The notes beneath the pieces were generated by a model. It saw only the letters and a program-made list of their open reading frames with translations. It searched no databases and was not told where the DNA came from. Of a DNA stretch of 64,000 nt, positions 18,091 to 27,711 are shown piece by piece. Source of the stretch: Bryobacterales bacterium. Its GTDB lineage: Bacteria; Acidobacteriota; Terriglobia; Bryobacterales; UBA6623. Within the stretch, counting starts at the first letter, position 1. Each line of letters opens with the position of its first letter. Location of the stretch: NCBI GenBank assembly GCA_028819215.1, contig JAPPMG010000053.1, forward strand, positions 30,280 through 94,279. Reading direction: 5' to 3'. The translations under genes were made by a program, and so were the position numbers.

Positions 18091-19335
18091 GTGACGACCG
18101 CAACGGCAGTACCGGATCGCCTCGACACCAAGGCGCTGCGGGCGGAATTCCCCGCCCTGCAGCAGCTCGTGCACGGCCGCCCGCTGGTCTACCTCGACAA
18201 CGCCGCTTCGTCTCAAACGCCGCGCCCGGTGATCGACGCGCTGCTCGAGTACTACGAGAAGGATCGCTCAAACGTCCATCGCGGGGTGCATGAGCTCAGC
18301 CAGCGGGCCACCGACAAGTACGAGTCCGCTCGCCTACGCGTCCAGCAGTTTCTCAACGCGGCGGAACCGGAAGAGGTGGTCTGGACGCGCGGCGCCACAG
18401 AGAGCATCAACCTTGTCGCCGCAAGCTGGGGACGGACCCACCTGGGAGCCGGCGATGACGTGATTATCTCGGCCATGGAGCACCACTCCAACATCGTTCC
18501 GTGGCAGATCCTGTGCCAAGAGAAGGGTGCCAACCTGCGCGTCATCCCGATGAACGTCGCCGGCGAGCTGCTGGTGTCCGAATACGACAGCCTGCTGTCT
18601 CCGCGCACCAAGATCGTGGCCGTGACCCAGGTGTCGAACGCGCTGGGGACGGTCAACCCGGTGCAAGAGATCGCTGCCAAGGCGCACGCCGTCGGCGCTG
18701 TGTGTCTCGTCGACGGTGCCCAGGCGGCGCCGCACATGCCGGTAGACGTCCAGGCTCTGGGTTGCGACTTCTTTGCACTCTCGGGACACAAGATGTGCGG
18801 CCCGACCGGCATCGGGGCGCTGTACGCTCGCCGCGCCCTGCTGGAGGAGATGCCGCCTTACCAAAGCGGCGGGGACATGATCTCGTCGGTGAGTTTCGAA
18901 AAGACCGTGTACAACGATCTTCCCTACCGCTTCGAAGCGGGCACGCCCATGATCGCGGCGGCGATCGGAATGGGTGCGGCGGTGGACTACTTGAATCGCG
19001 TCGGCATGGATCAGATCGCCGCCTACGAAGCCGAGTTGCTGGCCTACGGTGCCGACAAGCTCGGTGCGATCCAAGGCCTGCGCCCGATCGGAACGGCGAA
19101 AGACAAGGCCGGCGTGCTGTCCTTCGAGGTGGAGGGCATCCATCCTGCCGACCTGGGCACGATCCTGGACCGCCAAGGAATCGCGCTGCGCGTGGGTCAC
19201 CACTGCGCCGAACCGGTCATGCAGTTCTACGGCGTCAGCGCGACCACGCGCGCGTCCATCGCGTTCTATAACGACCGCGAGGATTTCGACGCGCTGGCGG
19301 ATGCCATCGAAACCGCCAAGGAGATATTCGCCTGA
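18091..19335 (+). CDS. sufS: Cysteine desulfurase SufS
   Basis: Start set at the GTG at 18091. LRAEFPAL...YLDNAASSQTP, HHSNIVPWQ, SGHKMCGPTGIGALY (PLP lysine) and RVGHHCAEP (catalytic Cys loop) are group II desulfurase motifs. Confidence 0.93.
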   Translation: MTTATAVPDRLDTKALRAEFPALQQLVHGRPLVYLDNAASSQTPRPVIDALLEYYEKDRSNVHRGVHELSQRATDKYESARLRVQQFLNAAEPEEVVWTRGATESINLVAASWGRTHLGAGDDVIISAMEHHSNIVPWQILCQEKGANLRVIPMNVAGELLVSEYDSLLSPRTKIVAVTQVSNALGTVNPVQEIAAKAHAVGAVCLVDGAQAAPHMPVDVQALGCDFFALSGHKMCGPTGIGALYARRALLEEMPPYQSGGDMISSVSFEKTVYNDLPYRFEAGTPMIAAAIGMGAAVDYLNRVGMDQIAAYEAELLAYGADKLGAIQGLRPIGTAKDKAGVLSFEVEGIHPADLGTILDRQGIALRVGHHCAEPVMQFYGVSATTRASIAFYNDREDFDALADAIETAKEIFA

Positions 19336-19859
19336 TGTCGATGCTGAAGCTAGGCCTGAACCAGGCGTCGTCCGACGCGCCGGAAGAGCAGCGGACCGCG
19401 CAGGACGAAACGCCCGCGAGCGGCGGCCTCAACACGGGAGCCCTGGCGGCGGCTCCGAAGTACGGCGACTTCATCCCGAGCATGCACTCGAACATGCCGC
19501 TGACTTCGCCCCTGCCCCCGAAGGAGCCGGAGTATGCGCCGGACGCGTCCTTGGAGGAGAAGGTCGTCGCAGTGCTGAAGACCTGCTACGACCCGGAGAT
19601 CCCGATCGACATTTACCAGCTCGGGCTGATCTACAAGGTGATCGCGCCGCGATCTCCGGATCAGCCGGACAAGGTGAAGGTCTTGATGACCCTCACCGCC
19701 CCCAACTGTCCAGCCGCACAGACGCTTCCGGCGGAGGCCAAGTACAAGATCGAGCGGCTGCCCGACGTGGCGGACGCGGAGATCGAGATCACCTTCGATC
19801 CTCCGTGGACGCCCGAGAAGATGAGCGAGGAAGCCAAGCTCGTCCTAAACCTTGTCTGA
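19335..19859 (+). CDS. DUF59/SufT-like Fe-S assembly protein with ~70-aa N-terminal extension
   Basis: The ATG overlaps the sufS stop (TGATG). VVAVLKTCYDPEIPIDIYQLGLIY...LTAPNCPAA...DPPWTPEKMSEEAK is the MIP18/DUF59 core. Confidence 0.8.
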   Translation: MSMLKLGLNQASSDAPEEQRTAQDETPASGGLNTGALAAAPKYGDFIPSMHSNMPLTSPLPPKEPEYAPDASLEEKVVAVLKTCYDPEIPIDIYQLGLIYKVIAPRSPDQPDKVKVLMTLTAPNCPAAQTLPAEAKYKIERLPDVADAEIEITFDPPWTPEKMSEEAKLVLNLV

Positions 19860-19868
19860 GGTCCAATC

Positions 19869-20366
19869 ATGCAACTGAGCGCCCAAGAAGAATTCGGCCT
19901 GCGCTGCCTGCTGCGACTGGCCCAAGCCGGGCCGGACGCCATGATGAGCATTCACGAGATCTCGCGCGCAGAAGGGATTTCGATGCCGCACGCGGCGAAA
20001 CTGATGCGCGTCCTGCGCGAAGGAGGCTTGGTAGCGAGCGAGCGGGGCCAGGCTGGTGGCTACCAGCTGGCGCGGCCGCCGGAAGATATCACCGCGAAAC
20101 AGGCCATCCACGTGCTTGGCGGGGAGTTGTACGGCGGAGAGTTCTGCGGGCGGTTCTCCGGGCACGAGGACCACTGCACGAATTCGATCGACTGCTCGAT
20201 CCGGTCTCTGTGGAGGGCGGTGCAATCGGTGGTCGACCAGCTGCTGACCCGCACGAGCATTCGCGACTTGATGTGCGCGGAGCAGGAAATGGACCGATTC
20301 GTGGGAGACCTAGTCGTGCTAACCGGTTGCACTTCCCCGTCAGCGATCAGGGCGAACCATGGCTGA
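19869..20366 (+). CDS. Rrf2-family transcriptional regulator with three-Cys cluster-ligand motif
   Basis: MQLSAQEEFGLRCLLRLA...MSIHEISRAEGISMPHAAKLMRVLREGGLVASERGQAGGYQLARP is an Rrf2 wHTH. FCGRFSGHEDHCTNSIDCSIR supplies three Cys. Confidence 0.85.
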   Translation: MQLSAQEEFGLRCLLRLAQAGPDAMMSIHEISRAEGISMPHAAKLMRVLREGGLVASERGQAGGYQLARPPEDITAKQAIHVLGGELYGGEFCGRFSGHEDHCTNSIDCSIRSLWRAVQSVVDQLLTRTSIRDLMCAEQEMDRFVGDLVVLTGCTSPSAIRANHG

Positions 20367-21438
20367 CCAGAAGCAATTCGAGGACGCGCTGAGCGGCGTC
20401 GTACACCCGGACTACGGCAAGAACATCGTCGAACTGGGTCTGATCACGGACCTCGCGGCAGCGAACGGCTCAGTGGCGTTCAAGCTGCAGAACACCGTGG
20501 CCGACAGCGAGCGCGCGCCTGCGCTGCTTCAGGCAGCCATCGCCGCCGTGCAGGCGGTCGATCCGCACGTGCAGGTGGATGCCTCGGTCACGAATCGAGC
20601 TAGGGCGAATCCAGCGGGCGGCAGCGGGAAGGGCTCCATTCCGGGCGTACGAAACGTTATCCCTGTCGCCTCGGGCAAGGGAGGCGTTGGAAAGTCGACG
20701 GTGTCAGCCAACATCGCGCTCGCGCTGGCGGCGACCGGCGCCAAGGTCGGCTTGATGGATGCGGATGTCTACGGTCCGAGCATTCCGCTCATCATGGGCG
20801 CGACGAGCGGACCGCAGCAGGGCGGCCGGGGCATAATCCCGGTAGAAGCGCAAGGCATCCCGATCATCTCCACGGGCTTCTTCATCCGCAAGGATCAGGC
20901 CGTTGTGTGGCGTGGCCCGATGCTCGCCAAGATGGTGGAGCAACTCACCAACCAAGTGGAATGGGGCGAGCTGGACTACCTAGTGATCGACCTGCCGCCA
21001 GGTACGGGCGACGTGCAACTCAGCCTCTGCCAGCGGTTGGCGCTGACCGGTGCGCTAGTCGTCACAACGCCGCAACCGATGGCGGTCAACGTCGCGGAAA
21101 AGGCGATCATCATGTTCCAACAGCTCAAGACGCCCCTACTGGGCGTAGTGGAGAACATGAGCTACTACGAGTCGCGCTCTACGGGCGAGCGGGAATACAT
21201 CTTCGGTTCGGGCGGGGCCGAGAAGATCGCCGAGCGCTGGAGCATCCCGGTTCTGGGCAAGGTGCCGCTAGCAACCACCGTGCGCGAGACCTCGGATGAC
21301 GGCAAGCCGATCGTGCTGGCCGACCCAAGCGCGCCAGCGGCCCAGGCCTTCGTCAACGTGGCGCAGCAACTCGCCGCCCAAGTGGCGATGCATAACCTGA
21401 AGGCCGCGAGCGAGGAGATGGTTCAGATCAACTTCTGA
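20359..21438 (+). CDS. apbC: Mrp/NBP35/ApbC-type Fe-S cluster carrier ATPase (N-terminal DUF59)
   Basis: The ATG overlaps the rrf2 stop (ATGGCTGA). VASGKGGVGKSTVSANIALALA (deviant Walker A), LDYLVIDLPPGTGD, VENMSYY. Confidence 0.9.
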   Translation: MADQKQFEDALSGVVHPDYGKNIVELGLITDLAAANGSVAFKLQNTVADSERAPALLQAAIAAVQAVDPHVQVDASVTNRARANPAGGSGKGSIPGVRNVIPVASGKGGVGKSTVSANIALALAATGAKVGLMDADVYGPSIPLIMGATSGPQQGGRGIIPVEAQGIPIISTGFFIRKDQAVVWRGPMLAKMVEQLTNQVEWGELDYLVIDLPPGTGDVQLSLCQRLALTGALVVTTPQPMAVNVAEKAIIMFQQLKTPLLGVVENMSYYESRSTGEREYIFGSGGAEKIAERWSIPVLGKVPLATTVRETSDDGKPIVLADPSAPAAQAFVNVAQQLAAQVAMHNLKAASEEMVQINF

Positions 21439-21459
21439 CCTGGCTGAGCGGGAAGCGTG

Positions 21460-22236
21460 CTACAGGTGGTTGGCACCCGTCTCGGCCACGAGCTGCGAAG
21501 CGCGCAGCAGCCCATCCACGGTGCCGGCGTCGGTCCACCAGCCCTCCAGCTCTTCCCACTGCATCGAGCCGTCGGCAATATAGCTGTTGTTGACATCGGT
21601 GATCTCAAGTTCGCCACGCGCTGATCGCTCGAGCTTGGCGATCCGGTCGAAGACCGTCCCGTCAAACAGGTAAATGCCCGTCACGGCATAGCTCGACGGG
21701 GGCCGTTCGGGCTTCTCCTCGATCGCGACGATGCGCCCGGACTCGAAGCGGGGCACTCCGTAGCGGCCAGGGTCGGGGACTTCCTTGAGCAAGATCCGGG
21801 CGCCCTGCTCCTGCTCGCGAAAGGCGTTGACGGCAGCGACCACATTGCGCTCGATGATGTTGTCGCCGAGCATCACGCAGAGCTGCTCCCCTTCTGAAAA
21901 GTGGCGGGCCAGATCCAACGCCTCGGCAATCCCTCCCTCGCCCTCTTGGTAGGTGTAGTCGAGGTGCTTGAGCCCGAATTCGCGTCCGTTGCCGAGCAGG
22001 CGCAAGAAGTCACCGGCGTTGCGGCCGCCGGTGACGATCATGATGTCTTCGATCCCCGCGTTTACAAGCGTCTGGATCGGGTAGTAAATCATCGGCTTGT
22101 CATACACGGGCAACAGGTGTTTGTTGATGATCCGAGTGATCGGGTCGAGGCGGCTTCCCAAGCCACCCGCCAAGACTACGCCCCGCACAAGCTCTTGATT
22201 GTAGTTGGAATGAGTATTCTGCCAGCGATGGGACAC
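21460..22236 (-). CDS. Sugar-phosphate nucleotidyltransferase (glucose-1-phosphate thymidylyl/uridylyltransferase-like, short form)
   Basis: GVVLAGGLGSRLDPITRIINKHLLPVYDKPMIYYPIQTLVNAGIEDIMIVTG...GIAEAL...LGDNI is the NTP_transferase signature. Confidence 0.85.
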   Translation of the reverse strand: MSHRWQNTHSNYNQELVRGVVLAGGLGSRLDPITRIINKHLLPVYDKPMIYYPIQTLVNAGIEDIMIVTGGRNAGDFLRLLGNGREFGLKHLDYTYQEGEGGIAEALDLARHFSEGEQLCVMLGDNIIERNVVAAVNAFREQEQGARILLKEVPDPGRYGVPRFESGRIVAIEEKPERPPSSYAVTGIYLFDGTVFDRIAKLERSARGELEITDVNNSYIADGSMQWEELEGWWTDAGTVDGLLRASQLVAETGANHL

Positions 22237-22791
22237 CGCTAGCCTTGATGTCGCCAGGCATTTGGGGCGGGCGAGAAACCAGACCGCTCAACACCACGCC
22301 CTCAAGTCGGCCGAGGCGCTTCGATGCGGCCGTTCTTTCAGCCGCGGCGCTGCCCGCCGTGCGGCTCAGGTGAGAATGTCTCCCGGCAACCGACCGCGCG
22401 ACGGCGGCGGCGACGCAGATTCGTCGTGCACTCCGGCGGCTCCCTGTAACGCGCTCAAGGCGCTTCAGGAACTCGCCGAGTACAAGCCTCGCCTGTACCT
22501 GGCTTGAGCGGGCCAGCCAATCCGCCGGCCTACGGGACTCTGCCCTAGGCGCCGGCCCGCTACTGGCCCGTTGCCACCAGCTGCTGTGTCACTGGCCGAT
22601 CCAGGTTCGCGCTGCAGCTTGCGACACCCCATTCGCCCCTGCACGCGGCAGACTGCTGCCGCAAGAGTCGAGGGCTTGCAGGTTGCAGCTTGCGTCCGAA
22701 GCCGACTACCGAGTCAGCCTAGGCGCACAAAGCCGCCCTAGAGCGTCACAGGAGCCGGGCGCGAAGACCCGCTATTTCGACCAGATTCGTG

Positions 22792-23118
22792 TCAGCCTTT
22801 GAGGCGATTGACAATCCTCATAGCAAGGACCGTGGCGACGCCACCGTTCAGCGACGTACCGATGGCACCCATGGCACCGTCCAGCTGCGCGCCGATCGCA
22901 GGTATGCTGCTGAGCGCATCCGCACCCGCTGCCGCCCCGACCGCAATGGTGACGATCAAGTATGCGTTCGAGTCCTCGGCATCGACCGCAATGGCGGCGT
23001 AAACGATGCCTCCGATAACCAGAACGAGCATAGCGATGTTCGCCGGGATCAGGTCGGGCGCGAAGCCCACCACGAGCGCAATGAGCGCGCCGAGACCGAT
23101 GAGAATTCTGTTAAGCAT
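22792..23118 (-). CDS. Small integral membrane protein, function unknown
   Basis: 108 aa and almost entirely hydrophobic Gly/Ala/Ile-rich segments (LIGLGALIALVVGF..., MLVLVIGGIVYAAIAV, LIVTIAVGAAAGA). No motif recognised. Confidence 0.5.
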   Translation of the reverse strand: MLNRILIGLGALIALVVGFAPDLIPANIAMLVLVIGGIVYAAIAVDAEDSNAYLIVTIAVGAAAGADALSSIPAIGAQLDGAMGAIGTSLNGGVATVLAMRIVNRLKG

Positions 23119-23448
23119 TTCGTCCTCCGGTATTTAGACTTGATTCCCTGGGCGCGCCATCTTCCCGATGACGAGTTGCCACAGGAACTGCGCGCCCCGG
23201 CGAACGGTAGCACGGTTTGAAGTATGAGAGTTGGAATTTTTTCTATGAATTTTTGGAATCGGGCAGAAAATCGGCTCTGAGCGCAAGTTTCGGCAAGTTC
23301 TGCAGTTCCCTCAGAAACTGGGCTGGCCTCCGAATCGATCCAATTGGCGGTCCGAGTTCGAGGTCCGCCGCGCACGAGGAGCCATCGTTCGAGCGCCCAG
23401 ACTGCGATTGTCGCGATCTGCCCAGCCGCTGGCGGCACGCAGGCAGCG

Positions 23449-24789
23449 CTATCCGTGAGTCGCGAAGAACTCGCGCATCCTCTGCCGCAGAAGTCCCACC
23501 GACCCCAGCACGGCAATCAGGTTGGGCACGGCCATCAGGGCGTTGAGCGTGTCGGAAATCTTCCAGATCACCTCAAGTCCCCCGACCGCACCGACATAGA
23601 CCGCGACCACCCAGGCCCAGCGGTACGGCAGCTTCGTTCGCTCACCGAACAAGAAGGCGAAGCCCGTTTCTCCATAGAAGGCCCAGCCGATGGTCGTCGA
23701 GAAGCCGAACGGAGCGAGCGCGAGCGTAATGAACTGGCCGCCCCATTCCCCGGGCAGCCCAAGGCTGAACGCCTGGCTCGTCATTTCCACGCCGGTCAGC
23801 CCCGACGACCACACGCCGGTGGACAACACCGTGGCGGCCGTCAGCGTGCAGACCAGCAGCGTGTCCACGAACACGCCGAAAATCCCGTAAGTTGCCTGCC
23901 TGACCGGATGGTCGGTGACGGCGGTCGCATGCACCATGGGAGCGCTCCCCAAGCCGGCCTCGTTGGAAAACAGACCCCTAGCAATCCCCGACTGCATGGC
24001 GCTGCGGACCGTTGCCCCCGCAAACCCTCCCAAAGCGGCCTGTCCCGTAAAGGCAGAGCTGACAATGAGTTCGAATACCCCTGGCAGCGCACTCCAATTC
24101 GACATCAGCACAAACAAGGCAGCTGCCACATAGAGAACGCACATCACTGGCACGAGCACGGAGGCGACTTCGGCAATGCGCCGGATTCCGCCCAATACCA
24201 CCAGCCCGGTCAGTGCCGCCAATACCAATCCCGTCACCCAGTCCGGGATGCCGTAGGTCGCACGCATGGCCGTGGCGATCGTGTTGGCCTGGGTCATGTT
24301 GCCGATGCCGAACGAGGCCATCGCGCAGAAGGCTGCAAAGAGCACTCCAAGCCACGCCAGGTTGAAGCGATTCTTCAGCACGTACATGGCACCGCCGCGC
24401 ATGATCCCCGCAGCGTCCTTTTGCCGGTACTCGAGCGCAATGGCGATTTCGGCGAACTTGGTGGCCATGCCGACCAGTCCCGTGAAGAACATCCAGAACA
24501 CAGCGCCCGGGCCGCCGCTGGCGATGGCGATCGAGACGCCCGCGATATTGCCCACCCCCACGGTCGCCGACAGCGATGTTGCCAAAGCCTGAAAAGGCCG
24601 CACGGTTCCCTCGCCGACAGCTTCACCGTGGCGGCCGAGCACCTGCCTGGCGGCGAAACCGAAGCGGCGAAACTGAACCCCTCGAGTGGCGATCGTGAAG
24701 ATGATGCCCGTCCCGATCAGGGCGATCATCATGGGTGGCCCCCAGACGATGGAATTCACGCTACTATTGAGATCTAGAAGCCAGTCCAT
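23449..24789 (-). CDS. Alanine/glycine:cation symporter (AGCS family)
   Basis: Start set at the ATG at 24789 (MDWLLDLNSSVNSIVWGPPMMIALIGTGIIFTIATRGVQFR...). ALATSLSATVGVGNIAGV, GGPGAVFWMF and FSNEAGLGSAPM are AGCS signatures. Confidence 0.9.
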   Translation of the reverse strand: MDWLLDLNSSVNSIVWGPPMMIALIGTGIIFTIATRGVQFRRFGFAARQVLGRHGEAVGEGTVRPFQALATSLSATVGVGNIAGVSIAIASGGPGAVFWMFFTGLVGMATKFAEIAIALEYRQKDAAGIMRGGAMYVLKNRFNLAWLGVLFAAFCAMASFGIGNMTQANTIATAMRATYGIPDWVTGLVLAALTGLVVLGGIRRIAEVASVLVPVMCVLYVAAALFVLMSNWSALPGVFELIVSSAFTGQAALGGFAGATVRSAMQSGIARGLFSNEAGLGSAPMVHATAVTDHPVRQATYGIFGVFVDTLLVCTLTAATVLSTGVWSSGLTGVEMTSQAFSLGLPGEWGGQFITLALAPFGFSTTIGWAFYGETGFAFLFGERTKLPYRWAWVVAVYVGAVGGLEVIWKISDTLNALMAVPNLIAVLGSVGLLRQRMREFFATHG

Positions 24790-24804
24790 AAATTGGCCGC
24801 TCAA

Positions 24805-24823
24805 ACAATTATAGGAGAATTGT
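24805..24823. promoter_or_regulatory. Inverted repeat ACAATT-N7-AATTGT in the 86-nt divergent AGCS / larA-like promoter gap
   Basis: acaattataggagaattgt has perfect 6-bp arms and is A/T-rich in a GC-rich genome. Confidence 0.25.
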
Positions 24824-24875
24824 AAAGGAACTCTGCCAGACGCGCTTCGCTCGGCAATCCACTGGAGCACACGCA

Positions 24876-26147
24876 ATGCAGGTAAGACTGGCGTTCGACC
24901 GCGAAGGAACCACCGTCGATATTCCCGACGAGCTGGACACACAAGTACTCCGACCGCGCTTCGCAACCGGTCTGGCAGACGAGGACGCGGCACTGGCTGC
25001 TGCCATCGCGAGCCCGATTGGCTGCCCGAGCCTCGAGGATCTCGCACGAGGAAAGAAGAGTGCTGCCATCGCGGTTTGCGACATCACACGCCCGGCACCG
25101 AACAAGACCGTGCTGCCGCACGTGATCGGCGCCCTGCAGGCCGGAGGCATCTCGCCGAGTGCGATCACGATCATGATCGCAACCGGCCTGCATCGCGAGG
25201 CAACGGCCGAGGAGCTGGAGGAAATCGTCGGGAAGAACATCCTGAAACACCATCCCGTGCATTCCCACCGTGCGCGCGAAATCGACGAGCAGGCGTTCTT
25301 GGGGGAGACTGCCGGCGGGACCCAGGCATTTGTTGACGAGCGCTTCGTCGAAGCAGACTTGCACATCACGCTTGGGTTCATCGAGCCGCACCTGATGGCT
25401 GGATTTTCGGGCGGGCGCAAGTTGATCGGCATTGGGCTGGCGGGCGAGAGGACGATCAAGCGCCTGCATAGCCCGCTCTACATGCGGGATCCGAAGGCAA
25501 CGGAGGGGTCGTTTCCCGACAATCCGCTGCACCGCGAGCTGCTTGAGATCGCGGCCATGGCCGGTCACGACTTCATGGTCGATGTGGCGTTGACCGACAC
25601 GCGCGCGATTGCGGCCGTCTTCGCGGGAGAGCCGGTTTCCGCTCATGCGCAGGGCGTAGAGTTCGTGCGGCAGTCAACCTTGGCCACGCTTGACCAGCCG
25701 GCCGATGCCGTAATCACAACATCGGGAGGATATCCGCTGGACCTGACCTTTTACCAAGCCGTCAAGGGCCTGACCGCCGCGGCGCACATCGTGCGGGAGG
25801 GCGGCGAGATCCTTCTTGCGGCCGCCTGTAACGAGGGCTTGGGAGGGCCCGAGTTCAGCCAGCTGGTGCGCGAATCCGATGACTTCTCGGAACTGCTTGA
25901 CCTGCTCTCCGAGCGGACCGTGCGCGTCGACCAATGGCAAGCGGAGAAGCTGGCCATGGTCGCGCAGCGGGCACAGCTCTCTTTCTGCGTACCGGGGCTT
26001 TCAGAGGCGGACCGGTCCAAACTGTGGGGCCCCAGCCACGCAGATGCGCAGGAAGCGGTGGACGGACTGATGGGACGGTTGCGAGACGGTGCGCGAGTCA
26101 TTGTGATCCCTGAAGGCCCGTACGTGTTTTCGCAGCTGCAGAATTAG
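24876..26147 (+). CDS. LarA-like nickel-pincer-dependent 2-hydroxyacid racemase/epimerase (DUF2088 family)
   Basis: CDITRPAPNKTVLP, IATGLHRE, GFIEPHLMAGFSGGRKL (tethering Lys motif), then TTSGGYPLDLTFYQAVKG. Confidence 0.8.
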   Translation: MQVRLAFDREGTTVDIPDELDTQVLRPRFATGLADEDAALAAAIASPIGCPSLEDLARGKKSAAIAVCDITRPAPNKTVLPHVIGALQAGGISPSAITIMIATGLHREATAEELEEIVGKNILKHHPVHSHRAREIDEQAFLGETAGGTQAFVDERFVEADLHITLGFIEPHLMAGFSGGRKLIGIGLAGERTIKRLHSPLYMRDPKATEGSFPDNPLHRELLEIAAMAGHDFMVDVALTDTRAIAAVFAGEPVSAHAQGVEFVRQSTLATLDQPADAVITTSGGYPLDLTFYQAVKGLTAAAHIVREGGEILLAAACNEGLGGPEFSQLVRESDDFSELLDLLSERTVRVDQWQAEKLAMVAQRAQLSFCVPGLSEADRSKLWGPSHADAQEAVDGLMGRLRDGARVIVIPEGPYVFSQLQN

Positions 26148-26382
26148 CGCGAGCCTCTGGCGCAACGGCTGCTGCTCCGCAACACGGCCGAAATCGCGAC
26201 ATCGTGCCGAGCCCGCAAGGCGTGTGCCGCAGCACCGCCGACAAGCGCCTGACCGCCGAAGCGCTTGTGGGTGAGATGGCCTAGTTGCTGCCGATCCGGA
26301 ACACCCGGGGGAGAGAGCGCGGCAAATGACTCGGCAACGAATGAGTGAATTCGGCGAGCTGCGGGCATAATGGCGAGGAGCA

Positions 26383-26781
26383 ATGATGAGGACATTCACG
26401 GATTCCAGCGAAGCTCAGCACGAGCGGGTGCCGTGGGGCACGCTAGCTTGGTTCAGCAGTCCAGGCTCTACCGGCACGGCGAACTTGGTGGTTGTCGAAG
26501 TGAGATTCGATCCAGATAGCGGCCACAACTTCCACAAGCATCCCAATCAAGAGGAAGTCATCTATGTGGTGGAAGGAGAGATTGAGCAGTGGGTTGGCAC
26601 GGAAAAGCGCACGCTCAGAGCAGGCGACTCAGCATTCATCAGCAAGGACGAAGTACATGCCTCATTCAATGAGCGCGACCGGGCCGCCAAAATCTTGGCC
26701 ATTCTAGGTCCCTCAATCGGGCAAGACGGATACGAGCTTGTCGACGTATCGGAGGAAGAGCCCTGGGCATCCATACGTTAG
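26383..26781 (+). CDS. Cupin-domain protein
   Basis: 132 aa. GHNFHKHPNQEEVIYVVEGEIE...LRAGDSAFISKDEVHASFN are the two cupin His-containing motifs. Confidence 0.7.
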   Translation: MMRTFTDSSEAQHERVPWGTLAWFSSPGSTGTANLVVVEVRFDPDSGHNFHKHPNQEEVIYVVEGEIEQWVGTEKRTLRAGDSAFISKDEVHASFNERDRAAKILAILGPSIGQDGYELVDVSEEEPWASIR

Positions 26782-26829
26782 TGCCCTGCGGCCATTCCGA
26801 GCTGGGGTGTATGCAGTTCCGGCCCCGGA

Positions 26830-27684
26830 TCACTGCCGTAATTCGATCTCTTTGAAAGCCAGCACCTGCGCCGTGATTGCCCGCTCGGTGGGGAGGCGCT
26901 CGACGCTGCTGGCTCCGAAGAAGCCCACGATGCCCTCCGTACGCTCCAATACGTAACGCACGTCCTCCGGCTCGCTGAGCGGGCCGCCGTGACAGATCAC
27001 CAAGATCTCGTCGCGTTCCCTCTTGGCCGCATCATGGATGGCCTGGACTTCCGCGACGGCTTGATCGAGCGTCTTCGCGGTTCGCGCACCGATGGATCCC
27101 TTTGTCGTAAGACCCATGTGCGCGACCAAGACGTCGGCACCCGCTGCCGCCATCTCGACAGCCTCCTCCGGGCTGAAGACGTAAGGGGTCGTGAGCAGGT
27201 CCAGCTCGCGGGCGATGCCGATCATTTCCACTTCCTTCGAGAAGCTCATCCCCGTCTCCTCCAGGTTTTGCCGGAATAGCCCGTCGATCAGCCCCACGGT
27301 TGGAAAGTTCTGCACGCCGCTGAATCCGATCGCCTTGATTTCCCGGAGGAACGCATGCATCAAGCGGAACGGATCGGTACCGCAGACGCCGGCAAGGACC
27401 GGCACATCCCGCGCAACGGGAAGTACTTCACAGGCCATTTCGACGACAATCCGGTTGGCGTCACCGTACGGCATGAGTCCGGACAGGGATCCGTGCCCGG
27501 CCATGCGGAAGCGGCCAGAGTTGTAGATCACGATCAGGTCCGCCCCGCCCGACTGGGCACACTTCGCCGAAATCCCAGTCCCTGCACCTGCGCCAATGAT
27601 CGGGACTCCGCGAGCCACCTGATCCCTGAGTCGCGCGAGAACGACTTCCCTGGGAACTCCAAGCGCTTGCGAGCTGTGATTCAT
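26830..27684 (-). CDS. Phosphoenolpyruvate hydrolase-like TIM-barrel protein (equivalent of the Tm-1 C-terminal half)
   Basis: [52 protein letters not shown]...[10 protein letters not shown]...[30 protein letters not shown] matches my memory of the PEP_hydrolase-like family that follows UPF0261 genes. Confidence 0.7.
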   Translation of the reverse strand: MNHSSQALGVPREVVLARLRDQVARGVPIIGAGAGTGISAKCAQSGGADLIVIYNSGRFRMAGHGSLSGLMPYGDANRIVVEMACEVLPVARDVPVLAGVCGTDPFRLMHAFLREIKAIGFSGVQNFPTVGLIDGLFRQNLEETGMSFSKEVEMIGIARELDLLTTPYVFSPEEAVEMAAAGADVLVAHMGLTTKGSIGARTAKTLDQAVAEVQAIHDAAKRERDEILVICHGGPLSEPEDVRYVLERTEGIVGFFGASSVERLPTERAITAQVLAFKEIELRQ

Positions 27685-27711
27685 GTCCTTGCCCTCGGTG
27701 GTCTCTGCATC

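Noticed and set aside
19049-20392. 447-aa alternative-frame ORF spanning sufS, the DUF59 gene and rrf2
   Set aside because: It crosses three independently well-supported genes and has an Arg/Pro/Ala-rich composition.
22240-22790. 550-nt gap with an 10-nt direct repeat (GCAGCTTGCG) and a GCGGCAG/CTGCCGC hairpin
   Set aside because: The repeats are short and GC-rich, compatible with chance in this composition. There is no array-like periodicity, so it was not called as a repeat or CRISPR feature.
23344-24777. 477-aa ORF antisense to the alanine/glycine symporter
   Set aside because: Highly charged Arg/His/Gly-rich junk. The minus-strand frame has AGCS signatures.
24790-24875. Glycine riboswitch ahead of the alanine/glycine symporter
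   Set aside because: The leader is only 86 nt and lacks the GGAGAG...CACCG/CTCTGGAGAG-type cores. It is too short for even a single aptamer plus expression platform.
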